From a virus, in IMG/VR virus record IMGVR_UViG_3300017598_001140, positions 1 to 64,000 of that record: DNA of 64,000 nucleotides; one strand, written 5' to 3'. Under the pieces are notes generated by a model. The model saw only the letters and a list, made by a program, of their open reading frames with translations. It did no database searches and had not been told where the DNA came from. Below, one piece after another: positions 9,159-18,998 of this stretch (position 1 is the stretch's first letter; each line of letters opens with the position of its first letter). The translations under genes were made by a program, and so were the position numbers.

Positions 9159-9751
9159 TGAAAAAACCAAAAAAGTATTTTATTGTTTATTTAATCTGTT
9201 TGCCGAAAGACATTATCACTTGGTTGGCGGTTTTGTTTATTTGGATTTTCTGGGGGACCAAGCTGCATTGGCTGGATGGATTGTGGTGCGAATTAAAACC
9301 TCATTCTTGGCCAGCTAGAACGTGGTATCGGATCAAGGTTGGAGGCAAGCACATGAGGCGACCCGTCAGCGTCCAAGCGGAACGCGGCGAGTGGTTTACG
9401 TGGGGAGGTACAACGTTGGGCCACGGCGGTTTTTACGGGCCAGGCAGTTCCGGCGGCAAGGGTATCGATACAGAGATCGAGTTCCACGAACATGTGCATG
9501 TTGAACAGTTTGTGGCGGCGATGATAATGTCATTGGTTCAGGCGTTGATCTCGTTGTTGTTTGTCGGCTTGTCTGGCGATTGGACGACGGGCGTTCAATT
9601 GGCGCTTGTTCTTTGGGTCATTGGTGGTTTTCTTTTTGCGGCGGCTGGTTGGCTAACAGCTTGGCTGAGAGGCGAAGATCCGTACAGGGGAAGTTTTCAC
9701 GAAGAGGCGGCGTATTCTCTAACCAGAGAAGAAGTGGAGCGAAGAAGATGA
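9158..9751 (+). CDS. Membrane protein with HExxH zincin-like motif
   Basis: HEHVHVEQ...HEEAAY; about three hydrophobic segments. Confidence 0.6.
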   Translation: MKKPKKYFIVYLICLPKDIITWLAVLFIWIFWGTKLHWLDGLWCELKPHSWPARTWYRIKVGGKHMRRPVSVQAERGEWFTWGGTTLGHGGFYGPGSSGGKGIDTEIEFHEHVHVEQFVAAMIMSLVQALISLLFVGLSGDWTTGVQLALVLWVIGGFLFAAAGWLTAWLRGEDPYRGSFHEEAAYSLTREEVERRR

Positions 9752-10728
9752 AGCGTATAACTTTTAAAAAATTTGCAGGTGTTCGGAAAAGAGGAACCGT
9801 GGCGATAGAACCGCCGAAAACGCTATTGCATATTGACCGCGCAGTTTGGTTAACCTGCCTCGTGGAGAGCGGCGGAAAATTCGGGTGCGTGATCAATTTT
9901 GACGGAACCGGAATGACGGCAAGTATTGGACAGTCGATTGCTGTTTTTCCAAGGGCGCTTGGAGACGACACAAAGAAAAACGACCAAGGGCCACTGTGGA
10001 AGGTTTTGCACAGGATAAATTCTTTGCCCGGAGAGCTTGAAGCGATGGAAGAATTGAAAGAGGCTTTGCGAGGTGAAGGTTGGTTTGTTTCTAATGATGG
10101 AAAATGTCGTTACATAGAAACCGGGAAGCTGGTTTCTGGTCGAAAAATAAGAGAAGAATTTTCTGGAGATGTAAACGGTCTTATGCCAATCAAAGGACCG
10201 GGAAAGCGTAGAACGGAAACGTGGGTTAGATTGTTTCATAACCTTTTTGCGTGTCCATGTACTTTTGAGCTTCAACTTGCTTTAGAAAAAGAGCACTTTG
10301 TGAAACGTGCAACCAGAATAAAATTGCGATTTTGTAAAAACGAATTATTGCAAAAAGAGACAATGCAAAAAGCGATTTACGATCCGGTTCATATCAGCGC
10401 GATCACAGTTGATCAAATGGGTTTGGAAATGGATCTCGCAATGTCGATGTACTGGAGTCATTCTGTGAACGCACCGTCCTTTGCTTTGAAGAAATTTTGT
10501 AGGCAGGTTTTGGACAAACCGCAATACGGACGCTCAGAAACAACCAACGGCGAAGCGGCGTTGGCAAAGCACATAATCAAGAAGCTTGGCAACACAACTT
10601 TTGGCCGTTGGGATGATGACATAAAGCACGGGCGCTATCAGAGGACTAGGGCGCACGCGATGAAACTTTGGCCAAGAGAATTGTTTGTTGGTTCGAGCGC
10701 AATCATGCCGATTAATTTGATTGGATGA
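9748..10728 (+). CDS. Putative lysozyme-fold muralytic enzyme
   Basis: ATGA overlap at 9748; VESGGKFGCVINFDGTGMTASIGQ resembles the E..(D)...G..Q lysozyme motif. Confidence 0.4.
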   Translation: MKRITFKKFAGVRKRGTVAIEPPKTLLHIDRAVWLTCLVESGGKFGCVINFDGTGMTASIGQSIAVFPRALGDDTKKNDQGPLWKVLHRINSLPGELEAMEELKEALRGEGWFVSNDGKCRYIETGKLVSGRKIREEFSGDVNGLMPIKGPGKRRTETWVRLFHNLFACPCTFELQLALEKEHFVKRATRIKLRFCKNELLQKETMQKAIYDPVHISAITVDQMGLEMDLAMSMYWSHSVNAPSFALKKFCRQVLDKPQYGRSETTNGEAALAKHIIKKLGNTTFGRWDDDIKHGRYQRTRAHAMKLWPRELFVGSSAIMPINLIG

Positions 10729-11561
10729 AGGGCGTATCGAAAGAGAAACCGGTGAAGAAAAAAACGGTGAAAAGCAAGTTAAGAGAAAAGATGTCGGCTG
10801 GATGGATGACAGTGCCTTCTGGGGCTGAAATCGTGCCGCCAGATCATCCTATGTGTCGGTCAATTGTAGAGCTGATTGGTGACGATTTGCCGGTGGTCAA
10901 CGACGGAGCAATGGTTGGTCGTTTTGTTCGAGAGGAGCCAAAAACTTACAGGGTGGATCTTCGCGTGTCTGACAATGTTGTTTTTGATATAGAGAGGAAT
11001 GGTAGAGGTGCTGTCGAGCATTTTTTAAAAGAGGAAATGATTAAGCGTGGTTTTGATTTTTCTGCTGGCGCACGTTACCCGATACAAAGAGATAGGGACA
11101 TAACAACTGGAGAAACGATTTTCGTTCAGCAGATCACGGAAGAGCATTATGAAAAATTCGAGGCTGAAAGAGATCCGCCGCCATTGGCTCCGCCACCTGG
11201 ATGGGAACCAGGAGAAGACAGGGTTTTTCCAAAGAGTTTTTTTAACGGCGTTGAAGCGAATAAAGAAACCGGCAAAATAATGGGGGAAGAAGTCGTGAAG
11301 GCTTCGGAAAAATTCAGAGCTGACATAGAAAAAGATATGAGAGATGCGATTATGATCGGGGTCGAAGCTCTTTCGAAACATAGGCACCCGACTGCTAAAG
11401 GACCGGCGGCGCCACCGAACAAACCAGTGGAGCCGCCGGAGGGTCCAAAAAAAGTTTTCAAAAAACCGTCAGGTTTGAATTTAAAAGACGAGCCAGAGGG
11501 GCCAAGAAGTTTTGGCTCGCTTGAAGAGCTTCGGGATTGGTTGAGAGAAAAAAACCAGTAA
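10725..11561 (+). CDS. Hypothetical Pro-rich protein with C-terminal FGSLEELRDWL motif
   Basis: ATGA overlap; low-complexity linkers. Confidence 0.65.
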   Translation: MKGVSKEKPVKKKTVKSKLREKMSAGWMTVPSGAEIVPPDHPMCRSIVELIGDDLPVVNDGAMVGRFVREEPKTYRVDLRVSDNVVFDIERNGRGAVEHFLKEEMIKRGFDFSAGARYPIQRDRDITTGETIFVQQITEEHYEKFEAERDPPPLAPPPGWEPGEDRVFPKSFFNGVEANKETGKIMGEEVVKASEKFRADIEKDMRDAIMIGVEALSKHRHPTAKGPAAPPNKPVEPPEGPKKVFKKPSGLNLKDEPEGPRSFGSLEELRDWLREKNQ

Positions 11562-11611
11562 ATTAGGTCTGATAAATTTTCCAAAGTAAAATGCCCGAAA
11601 AGGAGGAACGT

Positions 11612-12331
11612 ATGGAAACGCTATTTCATCGTTTGTGTGCAAGTGTCGTTGTGTTGTTGCTCGTGACAACCGCGCCAAGTTTCGCGCAAACAAAAAGTGA
11701 TTTGAAAAACGAATTGGCTGCCGGGTTCGTGCGAGCGATTAAAGCAGAGTCGGTAACGTGGTACGAATGCGGTGAGAAAACTCCAAAAGAAAAATGGGAC
11801 CAAAGAGCTTTCGAGCTGGTTGAAGCGATATTGGATGCGCTTGCCGAGTTCGATGTGAAAATAAACCCGTGGGGCGTGCTTGGAACTGTGTTCAATGAGA
11901 GCCGTGGAAACCGCTGTGCAATCGGTCCTAATCCGCGCAAAGTTGCGCACGCACGAAACCTCGTGAATCGCAGTGATTGGCGTCTATGGACGGAACACGA
12001 CGTTTTAAAAGTAGTCAAGAGCCCCGATTGGAATGATAGGCCAGCAGACTTGGGTTTAGGTCAGGTTGTGTGGAGAAGATTTGCCAGGATAGAGGAAGAC
12101 GGAAAAGTCAGGATTCCAACGGTCGAAGAAATGTTGTCGTTGAAGGACGGTGCTCGCATTGTAGCTTACGCCATGAAACAGCGCATGAAGTATAAGCATA
12201 ATAGAAGGTGGCGGAATTTGCCGTGGTATTTTTGGCCGGGTGTGAAAGCGAATTTTTCTTACGGCAGAAAGGTCGCTTATACTGTGAAAAAAATGGGCGG
12301 GCCTTATAGGTCGCTACTTAGTTACAAGTAG
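11612..12331 (+). CDS. Signal-peptide-bearing lytic transglycosylase (SLT)-like protein
   Basis: AGGAGG SD; hydrophobic leader ending PSFA-Q; NESRGNRCAIG and DLGLGQV motifs. Confidence 0.6.
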   Translation: METLFHRLCASVVVLLLVTTAPSFAQTKSDLKNELAAGFVRAIKAESVTWYECGEKTPKEKWDQRAFELVEAILDALAEFDVKINPWGVLGTVFNESRGNRCAIGPNPRKVAHARNLVNRSDWRLWTEHDVLKVVKSPDWNDRPADLGLGQVVWRRFARIEEDGKVRIPTVEEMLSLKDGARIVAYAMKQRMKYKHNRRWRNLPWYFWPGVKANFSYGRKVAYTVKKMGGPYRSLLSYK

Positions 12332-12478
12332 ATTGGGCAAATTCAAGAAACTTGCAAAACTGGGGGCGTGTGTTACCTTTTTATTTTGAACCGTCAACTC
12401 CAGAGCAAAAAGCTCAGGCCAAACGTTATAGACAGGCGGCTGGCTGTCAAGAGTTGATTCACTACAAGGAGGTGAAAA

Positions 12479-12784
12479 ATGTCTTCAGGTGTTGCAAGAG
12501 TAATGGTTGGAAAAGTAACTGGCACGGGTTCTGCAATTAGCGTCCGCACGATTGGTTTCAGGCCAAAGTATGTGAAGCTGATGAATGTAACCGGATTGGT
12601 GGTTGCCGAGTGGACCAAGGAAATGGCAGACGCTTCGGCTTTGAAGCAGTTGAACCACGACACGGCCCAGCTTGCGTTGATCACAAGCGACGGAGTTACT
12701 CCACTTTCGGACGGGTTTACCATTGGTGCAGACAGTGACATCAATGCGTCGGCCGAGGTGATTCATTACGTTGCTCACGAGTAA
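12479..12784 (+). CDS. Small virion structural protein (head decoration-like)
   Basis: AAGGAGGTG SD, own terminator, beta-rich IGFRPKYVKLMN; leader shares a 13-mer with the MCP leader. Confidence 0.5.
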   Translation: MSSGVARVMVGKVTGTGSAISVRTIGFRPKYVKLMNVTGLVVAEWTKEMADASALKQLNHDTAQLALITSDGVTPLSDGFTIGADSDINASAEVIHYVAHE

Positions 12785-12834
12785 TCGGTAAGCGGCGCGG
12801 ATTGAATGTGAAAATCACTTTTTTCGCAACCGAT

Positions 12835-12885
12835 TGGCGGGGAGTGGCTTTATTACATCGTGGGGTCGCTTCCCGCCATTTTTTT
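12835..12885 (+). terminator. Rho-independent terminator
   Basis: TGGCGGGGAGTGGC...GTCGCTTCCCGCCA followed by T7. Confidence 0.7.
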
Positions 12886-12897
12886 ACGAGGTAAATT

Positions 12898-13266
12898 ATG
12901 GAAATAACATCTTCAATAAAAAGAGCGCCGGAGTACATGCTGCATAGAGATGCGGGTGCTACAGACGGCGCTAGCGCGATAACAACAAAAGCTTGGGGCG
13001 TTAACACTTCCGGGTACGAGTCCGCTCATGTTCAGGTGGTGCCAGCAGCCGGTGTGAATCCTGGCGTTGCTGTTCAATGGTGGTGTGCCAATGCCGGAGT
13101 CGCTGGCGAATTCATTGGTGAGAATTCGGCTCTTGCAAAAACCGGTCTTGGAAACGGCATTGCTTACGAGTTTACGGTGCCGTGCAAGGGCCGCGTGATG
13201 TTCATCAAGGTTGATGCAGCAACAAAAGTTTACGTTTCAGGATTCGGAAAACGACATCCGGAATAG
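12898..13266 (+). CDS. Hypothetical, probably structural beta-sandwich protein
   Basis: GAGG SD; Gly/Ala/Val-rich. Confidence 0.6.
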   Translation: MEITSSIKRAPEYMLHRDAGATDGASAITTKAWGVNTSGYESAHVQVVPAAGVNPGVAVQWWCANAGVAGEFIGENSALAKTGLGNGIAYEFTVPCKGRVMFIKVDAATKVYVSGFGKRHPE

Positions 13267-13275
13267 GCGGGCGTT

Positions 13276-14751
13276 ATGGGCAACAAGCCTGCTGTGGTTC
13301 CTATTCTTAAAAACGATTCCAAGAAGTTCAAGACGGCTGAACGTTCCGAGCTTGTAGGGTATTTAGATCACTACAAGGCGATGAACAACGAGTGGCTGCG
13401 TCGTCAGATATTGGTCAACAATAGAATTGATATTTTGGCTGTTTGTGTATTGGGCTACCACATGGAGCCAATGCATTCGCTGATGATGCGTTTTCAGTTT
13501 TTGCATCCGGACAGTTTGCAGCTTGCTTTTCGAGGCGCCGGTAAGTCGACGACGTGCACGATTGCAAAAGGTGTTCATTATCTCTTGAAAGATCCGAATT
13601 TTAGAATTTTGATTGCTTCTAAATCTATTGGAAACGCTCAAGGGTTTTTGAAAGAGATAAAAGGTCATTTCGAATCGAACGAAAAGTTGGCCGAAGTTTT
13701 TGGTTTGTATTACGACCCTAGAAAAGTAAACAAGTGGAACGACACAGAGATTGAAGTTTTGCCCAGAACGTCAAGAGCCAAAGAGGCTTCTGTGACTTGC
13801 GTTTCGGTTGAAGGAACGATTGTCAGCAAGCACTATGATGCGATAATTTCGGACGACCTTATCGACGAGGACAATTCCAGAACTCAGCACATGAGAGACA
13901 AGGTGCGGACGTGGTACTACCAGACGCTTGAACCGACATTGGAACCGCCAGACGATAAAGTCCCGCACAGAGGCGAACATCATAGGCTTGGAACTCGGTA
14001 TCATTACGCGGATTTGTACGGTCATTTGATCGAGAACGAAATGGCTGAGCATCACAATGTTATTCCGGCATTGAAAAGTGATCGGAGCCCTTGGCCCGAC
14101 AAGTATCCGCCGGAGTGGTTTGACGAAAAAAAGAAAAAGTCCGGAACGATAATTTTCAACGCTCAATACCAGTGCGACACAGAGGCAATGAAGGGCGAGA
14201 TTTTTCAGTACGATGATTGCCAGAAAATTAATTCGTCTGAGGTGCCAGATCAATTGAGGATTTTTATGGGTGTTGACTTGGCTATAAGTCAGGAGCAAAA
14301 AGCAGATCATTTTGCGATAGCAGTTATAGGAGTAGACACCAGCAAAAGGTATTACGTTCTTGATTGGTACGACGGACAGCTTAGGTTTGGCGACCAGACA
14401 AAAAAAATAGTTCAATTTTACAATAGGTGGGAGCCGATTCGTTGCTGCATAGAAACGAACGGCTATCAAAAGGCGCAGTACCAGAACTTGAAGGACGGCG
14501 ACAAAGATATTCGGCTCACTCCAAAGAACCAAGACAAAGACAAGATCGCGAGGGCTTGGAAGTTGTCTTCTATTTTTGAAGACAAACGCTTTTTTTTCAA
14601 GAAGATTGGTGGAGTTGAATTGGTTATTGAACAGCTTGTTCTTTTTCCTAGTTATCGTTACAAAGATTTTTTCGACGCTCTTGATCTTGCCGTTATGTCT
14701 AGCAGGTTGAGAAAGAGAAGAAGAAGGCGTAATGAGCCTGGGATAATATAA
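13276..14751 (+). CDS. terL: Terminase large subunit
   Basis: Walker A FRGAGKST, Walker B IISDD, GTRYH, FNAQYQ, nuclease GVDLA...D..DAL. Confidence 0.93.
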   Translation: MGNKPAVVPILKNDSKKFKTAERSELVGYLDHYKAMNNEWLRRQILVNNRIDILAVCVLGYHMEPMHSLMMRFQFLHPDSLQLAFRGAGKSTTCTIAKGVHYLLKDPNFRILIASKSIGNAQGFLKEIKGHFESNEKLAEVFGLYYDPRKVNKWNDTEIEVLPRTSRAKEASVTCVSVEGTIVSKHYDAIISDDLIDEDNSRTQHMRDKVRTWYYQTLEPTLEPPDDKVPHRGEHHRLGTRYHYADLYGHLIENEMAEHHNVIPALKSDRSPWPDKYPPEWFDEKKKKSGTIIFNAQYQCDTEAMKGEIFQYDDCQKINSSEVPDQLRIFMGVDLAISQEQKADHFAIAVIGVDTSKRYYVLDWYDGQLRFGDQTKKIVQFYNRWEPIRCCIETNGYQKAQYQNLKDGDKDIRLTPKNQDKDKIARAWKLSSIFEDKRFFFKKIGGVELVIEQLVLFPSYRYKDFFDALDLAVMSSRLRKRRRRRNEPGII

Positions 14752-14761
14752 GGAGATTGGC

Positions 14762-16576
14762 ATGAACGAAATGACAAGAAGAGCGGTGGCCGTAGTGAAT
14801 ACCGGAGATAAAAAAACAGGCAGTGCGCTTCGAGAAATTCACGCAAAAATTATAGAAGTTAGTAAGCGCGCTGAAGACGTGCCAAGCGGCGAAGGAAAGT
14901 CGCACAGCTTGCCGGAAGATCCGTTCACAGAGTTAACAAAAAGCGGGATGGTTTTGCAGCCTCCGTTTGATCTGTTAACGCTGTCGATGCTTCCCGAAAA
15001 TAACACGGAAATGACGCAGTGTATCGATGCTATGGTGACGAACATCAGCGGCTTTGGTCACAGGTACGTTCCGAGGTTGAAAAAAGAAAGCATGGAGGGA
15101 TTGCAGGGGAGCATGAAGGCCAGTGTGAATTTGGAAAAAGTTAGGCTTGAAAATTTTTTCATGTATTGCACTCGCGAATCGTTCACGCGGTTTCGGTCAA
15201 AACAAGATCGAGATTTGGAAGCGACTGGAAACTGTTTTTTGGAGGTGGTGAGGGGTGCGAAGGGCAACATTCAAGGGTTTACTCACTTGCCAAGCTACCA
15301 AATGAGGCTCGCAAAAGTGGAAGACGAGCAGAATTATGTCGATAGGAAAATACTTGAGCTTCAAGAGGATTGGAGCATCGAGGTAAAGACGGTAAAAGAG
15401 TGGCGTAGATTTAGAAAATTTGTGCAGTCAAGAAGGTCAAGGGGTCGCGCTGTCGAGTCTGTGACGGGCAGCGAAAAAGTTCGGTGGTTCAAGCAGTTTG
15501 GTGATCCGAAAAATTACCGCAACGACACAGGGGAAGAGGCGGAGGAAGGTACGCCGGTCGACAAGCTTGCCAACGAAGTGATTCATAGGCGGATTTATTC
15601 TGGCCGTTCACCGTATGGCTTACCGCGTTACATTGGAAATTTGCTTTCGATTTTTGGTGATAGGGCGGCGGAAGAAATTAATTTCATAACTTTTAAAAAC
15701 AACAATATTCCTTCAATGGTGATAACCGTCAGCAACGGGCAATTGACCGATCCGACCATCGACCGCATAAAGGAGTTTGTAGAATCTCAAATTCAGGGCT
15801 CTGATAACTACAGCAAATTTTTGATATTGGAAGCCGAGGGAGTTGAAGAGGGCGAAGACGGTTCGCAAGTGAAAGTTGAAGTGAAGCCATTGGTGTCGGA
15901 GCAGCACAAAGACGCATTGTTTCAACAGTACTCAAAAAACAATCAGGACAAGATACGGCGCCTGTGGAGGTTGCCGCCGATTTTCGTGGGTCGTTCAGAC
16001 GACTATACCAGGGCTACAGCGGAGAGCAGTAGGCGATTGGCGGACGAGCAAATTTTTTCTCCTGAAAGAGATGAGTTTGACGCATTGATGAACAGGGTAA
16101 TTTTTCCGGAGATGGGAATTCTTTACCACAAGTTCAAGTCGAATAGCCCTAACACAACAGACAACACGCAATTGGTGAAAATTTTGGCGAGCGCTGAGAA
16201 GACAGGCGGCATGAACCCGAAGATTGGCCGCATGATTTTGGAAGATGTCTTGAACGCCGAGTTACCGGGGTTTCCGGATGATTTCGATCCGGATGTACCG
16301 TTCAGTTTGACGATGGCCGAAGCTGTGAAAAACGAGGCAGACCCAACGGAGCCGGGGCAACAGGTCACGGCATTGAAAAATTTTGGCACTGCGTTTGGTA
16401 TTGGAGAGGACGAAGAGGAATTAGTTGAAGCGGAGTGCACGGAGTGCGGCAACGAGGAGTTTGTTTTGAAGTCGGACAGCACTGGAGATCCTGTTGTCGA
16501 CCATTTGGTTGCATTGAAAAAGAACGTTGAAAAAAAGTGGAGAACGGCCGTGCTTGAGAACAGCGAAGAAGACTAA
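14762..16576 (+). CDS. Portal protein (PBSX XkdE-like)
   Basis: After TerL; DLEATGNCFLEVVR, NEVIH, YGLPRY, RLPPIFVG. Confidence 0.9.
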   Translation: MNEMTRRAVAVVNTGDKKTGSALREIHAKIIEVSKRAEDVPSGEGKSHSLPEDPFTELTKSGMVLQPPFDLLTLSMLPENNTEMTQCIDAMVTNISGFGHRYVPRLKKESMEGLQGSMKASVNLEKVRLENFFMYCTRESFTRFRSKQDRDLEATGNCFLEVVRGAKGNIQGFTHLPSYQMRLAKVEDEQNYVDRKILELQEDWSIEVKTVKEWRRFRKFVQSRRSRGRAVESVTGSEKVRWFKQFGDPKNYRNDTGEEAEEGTPVDKLANEVIHRRIYSGRSPYGLPRYIGNLLSIFGDRAAEEINFITFKNNNIPSMVITVSNGQLTDPTIDRIKEFVESQIQGSDNYSKFLILEAEGVEEGEDGSQVKVEVKPLVSEQHKDALFQQYSKNNQDKIRRLWRLPPIFVGRSDDYTRATAESSRRLADEQIFSPERDEFDALMNRVIFPEMGILYHKFKSNSPNTTDNTQLVKILASAEKTGGMNPKIGRMILEDVLNAELPGFPDDFDPDVPFSLTMAEAVKNEADPTEPGQQVTALKNFGTAFGIGEDEEELVEAECTECGNEEFVLKSDSTGDPVVDHLVALKKNVEKKWRTAVLENSEED

Positions 16577-16578
16577 AA

Positions 16579-18663
16579 ATGTGCTTAGACACCATTCATC
16601 TTGGCAGGGTCGCGGCTGACGCTCTATTGGCCAAGGCTCTAATGATTTCCGAAGTCGCCCAGATGTCTCGCGCCGAAGTTCGCATGCGAGAGTTTTTGAT
16701 TGGCTCTTGGAACAAGCGAAAAGCCAAGGCCGAAAAACGCGCTGTTGAATTGGCGGAGAAGCTAAAAAGTCCAAGCGAAATAACAAAAGAGATCGATAAA
16801 ATAATGGAGGGGTGGGCTGGCGAAGCTTCAGTGGTGGTTGAAGACGAGATGGATTTGATTTTTCGTCTTGGATTGAACATTGGTTACAAAAAAGCAACGC
16901 GGCAAACGAAAGCTGATTTGAATTATGTTTTGCCGAAAACAAACGACGTTGATGTGGAGAAAGCGGGTAAGAAAAAAGTTGCTGAGATTTTACCAAGCTT
17001 CACAATCGCGGACGAAAGAGCTATTGATGCTCTAAAAAAACACCAAGTGTTTTGGATTGGTGAGCATTACAAAAAAAACGTTTCAAAAACAATAGGGAAA
17101 AGAGTCAAGCAAACGATGCTCGAAGCTGGCGAGAGTCCGCTTAAAGCCGGAAAGCTTATGCGCGTGAAGGTTAGAGATGCGCTTACTCACGTAAAGGTTC
17201 CCGGCGGTTTTAATGGAACTAATTTGCAATATTTTGAAGGCGTGAGCGCGAACGCTGCGACAGTTGCAAGGGTCAACGGCCAGTTGAGATCCTTTGCTTC
17301 TATTGGAATTAGAAGCTATAGGATTTCTGCCGTTAATGACAGGAGAACTTGTGACCGCTGTTCGCATATGGACGGGAAGGTTTTTCAAACGTCGCAAGGG
17401 CTTTCGCAAATGAGTTCTGTATTGGATGCGAAAACGCCAAACGCGGTGAAAGCCGCGCATCCGTGGCCCAACTCTAAAGAGCTGAAAGCTATCTCCTCAA
17501 AGGCCGGGCCGCAATCAGGTAAAGCAGGCGTTGCAGATGCAAAGGCGTTGTCGTCTGCCGGATTGGCCATGCCGCCGTATCATTTTAAGTGTCGGTGCAC
17601 TGTCGATATATCGGACGATATTAGGTCGTACGATCAGCTTTTGCCGATGTCGGTTCCTGCGCCTAAGAAACCTCCGTCAGCGGCGTTCAAACCGAAGCCG
17701 AAACCGAAGCCGAAAAAGAAGCCATTGGTGCCAGAAAAAATAAGTGCTTCGGAGCTTGCAAAAGAGAAGCAGAGAATCAGCGATTTAGAAAGCGCGAAGT
17801 ATGTTGAAAGCCATGCTTTGGGCGTGGGAGTGAATGACGCTCACCTTGTGACTTTTAAAGCAAAAACAGGAGAAGAAATAAAAGGCATTTACAAGTCGGC
17901 TGCTTCTGAATACGAAAATATCAGGCCCGGATTGAAAACGGGTACTTATTACAAGCGCGAGGTGGCTTTGTACGAATTGGATAAAGCGCTAGGAGGAGCG
18001 AAGGTTGTTCCGCCAACGGTCGTTCGAGATATAAAAAAATTAGGAGGGAAAGGCAGTCTTCAATTTTTTGAAAAAGATGCCAAAATGATAGACCATTTTG
18101 GAGAAGATGACGTGGCTGCTTTTCTTAAAGCGAAAGGCGCAGCAGATCCGACTTTGAGAAAAACTTTTTTGCTCGATATTATCAGTGGCAATGACGACAG
18201 GCATAGCCAGAACATAATGTTTAAAATGATAAAGGGCGGTAAAGGAACAAAGCGGATTGGAAAAGCGGTTGCGATTGATAATGGTTTGACGTTTCCGAGA
18301 GGTCATCCGATTCGCTTTATGTTTCCGGGCGATGTGTATGTTTCGACCGGAGATTACACAACTAAATTATTGGCATTGGATAAAATCAGCCACGCACAAG
18401 TGAAGAAATTGGACTTGAAAAAAGTGGCTGCGATGCTGAAGAAAAACGGGGTTGAACGTCATCCGATTAAGCAAGCTCTTGTACGCATAAGGGCTTTGCA
18501 AAAAGATCCAAAAGCAATCGCCAATATAAAAACGCAATACCACTTAGAACCCGATCAAAAAGTGGAGATGTTTTTTGAAAAGAGTGTCGATACTCCGTAC
18601 CGGCTTGTTGGGAATAAAGACCATGATAAAATTTTGAAAATTGTAGCGGAAATTTTTGATTAA
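16579..18663 (+). CDS. MuF/SPP1 gp7-like head morphogenesis protein fused to a PI3/PI4-kinase-like domain
   Basis: MuF: DRRTCDRC..MDGK, PPYHFKCRCT; Pro/Lys linker; kinase: GIYK, REVALYELD, VPPTVVR, GSLQ, NDDRHSQN, IDNGLTF. Confidence 0.85.
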   Translation: MCLDTIHLGRVAADALLAKALMISEVAQMSRAEVRMREFLIGSWNKRKAKAEKRAVELAEKLKSPSEITKEIDKIMEGWAGEASVVVEDEMDLIFRLGLNIGYKKATRQTKADLNYVLPKTNDVDVEKAGKKKVAEILPSFTIADERAIDALKKHQVFWIGEHYKKNVSKTIGKRVKQTMLEAGESPLKAGKLMRVKVRDALTHVKVPGGFNGTNLQYFEGVSANAATVARVNGQLRSFASIGIRSYRISAVNDRRTCDRCSHMDGKVFQTSQGLSQMSSVLDAKTPNAVKAAHPWPNSKELKAISSKAGPQSGKAGVADAKALSSAGLAMPPYHFKCRCTVDISDDIRSYDQLLPMSVPAPKKPPSAAFKPKPKPKPKKKPLVPEKISASELAKEKQRISDLESAKYVESHALGVGVNDAHLVTFKAKTGEEIKGIYKSAASEYENIRPGLKTGTYYKREVALYELDKALGGAKVVPPTVVRDIKKLGGKGSLQFFEKDAKMIDHFGEDDVAAFLKAKGAADPTLRKTFLLDIISGNDDRHSQNIMFKMIKGGKGTKRIGKAVAIDNGLTFPRGHPIRFMFPGDVYVSTGDYTTKLLALDKISHAQVKKLDLKKVAAMLKKNGVERHPIKQALVRIRALQKDPKAIANIKTQYHLEPDQKVEMFFEKSVDTPYRLVGNKDHDKILKIVAEIFD

Positions 18664-18701
18664 AAATCACCACGTCGGCTGCAAATCTAGTCAGGTTTAA
18701 T
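18661..18701 (+). promoter_or_regulatory. Bipartite promoter-like motif, copy 4 (apparently leaderless transcript)
   Basis: TAAAAATCACC-N12-AATCTAGTCAG; ATG 41 nt from motif start, no clear SD. Confidence 0.6.
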
Positions 18702-18998
18702 ATGGACATAAAAATAGTAAAATACGATTCGGAAACCGAAGAGCTAAAATTGCTGGCGGTATTTCGTTTGCGGAAGAAAAAAGTCAAAGCAGAATGGTAC
18801 GGGAAAAGCGATTCCCTGAAGCACAACATAGAGAGGAACGGGGTGGCGACAGGCAACGGTCTTTTCTTCATGAAAGACGGAAAAGATTTCATGGACAATT
18901 TGCTTTTTGCGTACGCGCAAAGCAGTTTTGTATCTGCTGTTGAAATAAAAAAAGACCACAAGCCGAAATTGAAAACCAAATCCAAAAAAGACGATTGA
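18702..18998 (+). CDS. Small protein, candidate immunity partner of the MuF kinase
   Basis: 98 aa directly after MuF-effector; own promoter-like motif; function inferred only. Confidence 0.5.
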   Translation: MDIKIVKYDSETEELKLLAVFRLRKKKVKAEWYGKSDSLKHNIERNGVATGNGLFFMKDGKDFMDNLLFAYAQSSFVSAVEIKKDHKPKLKTKSKKDD

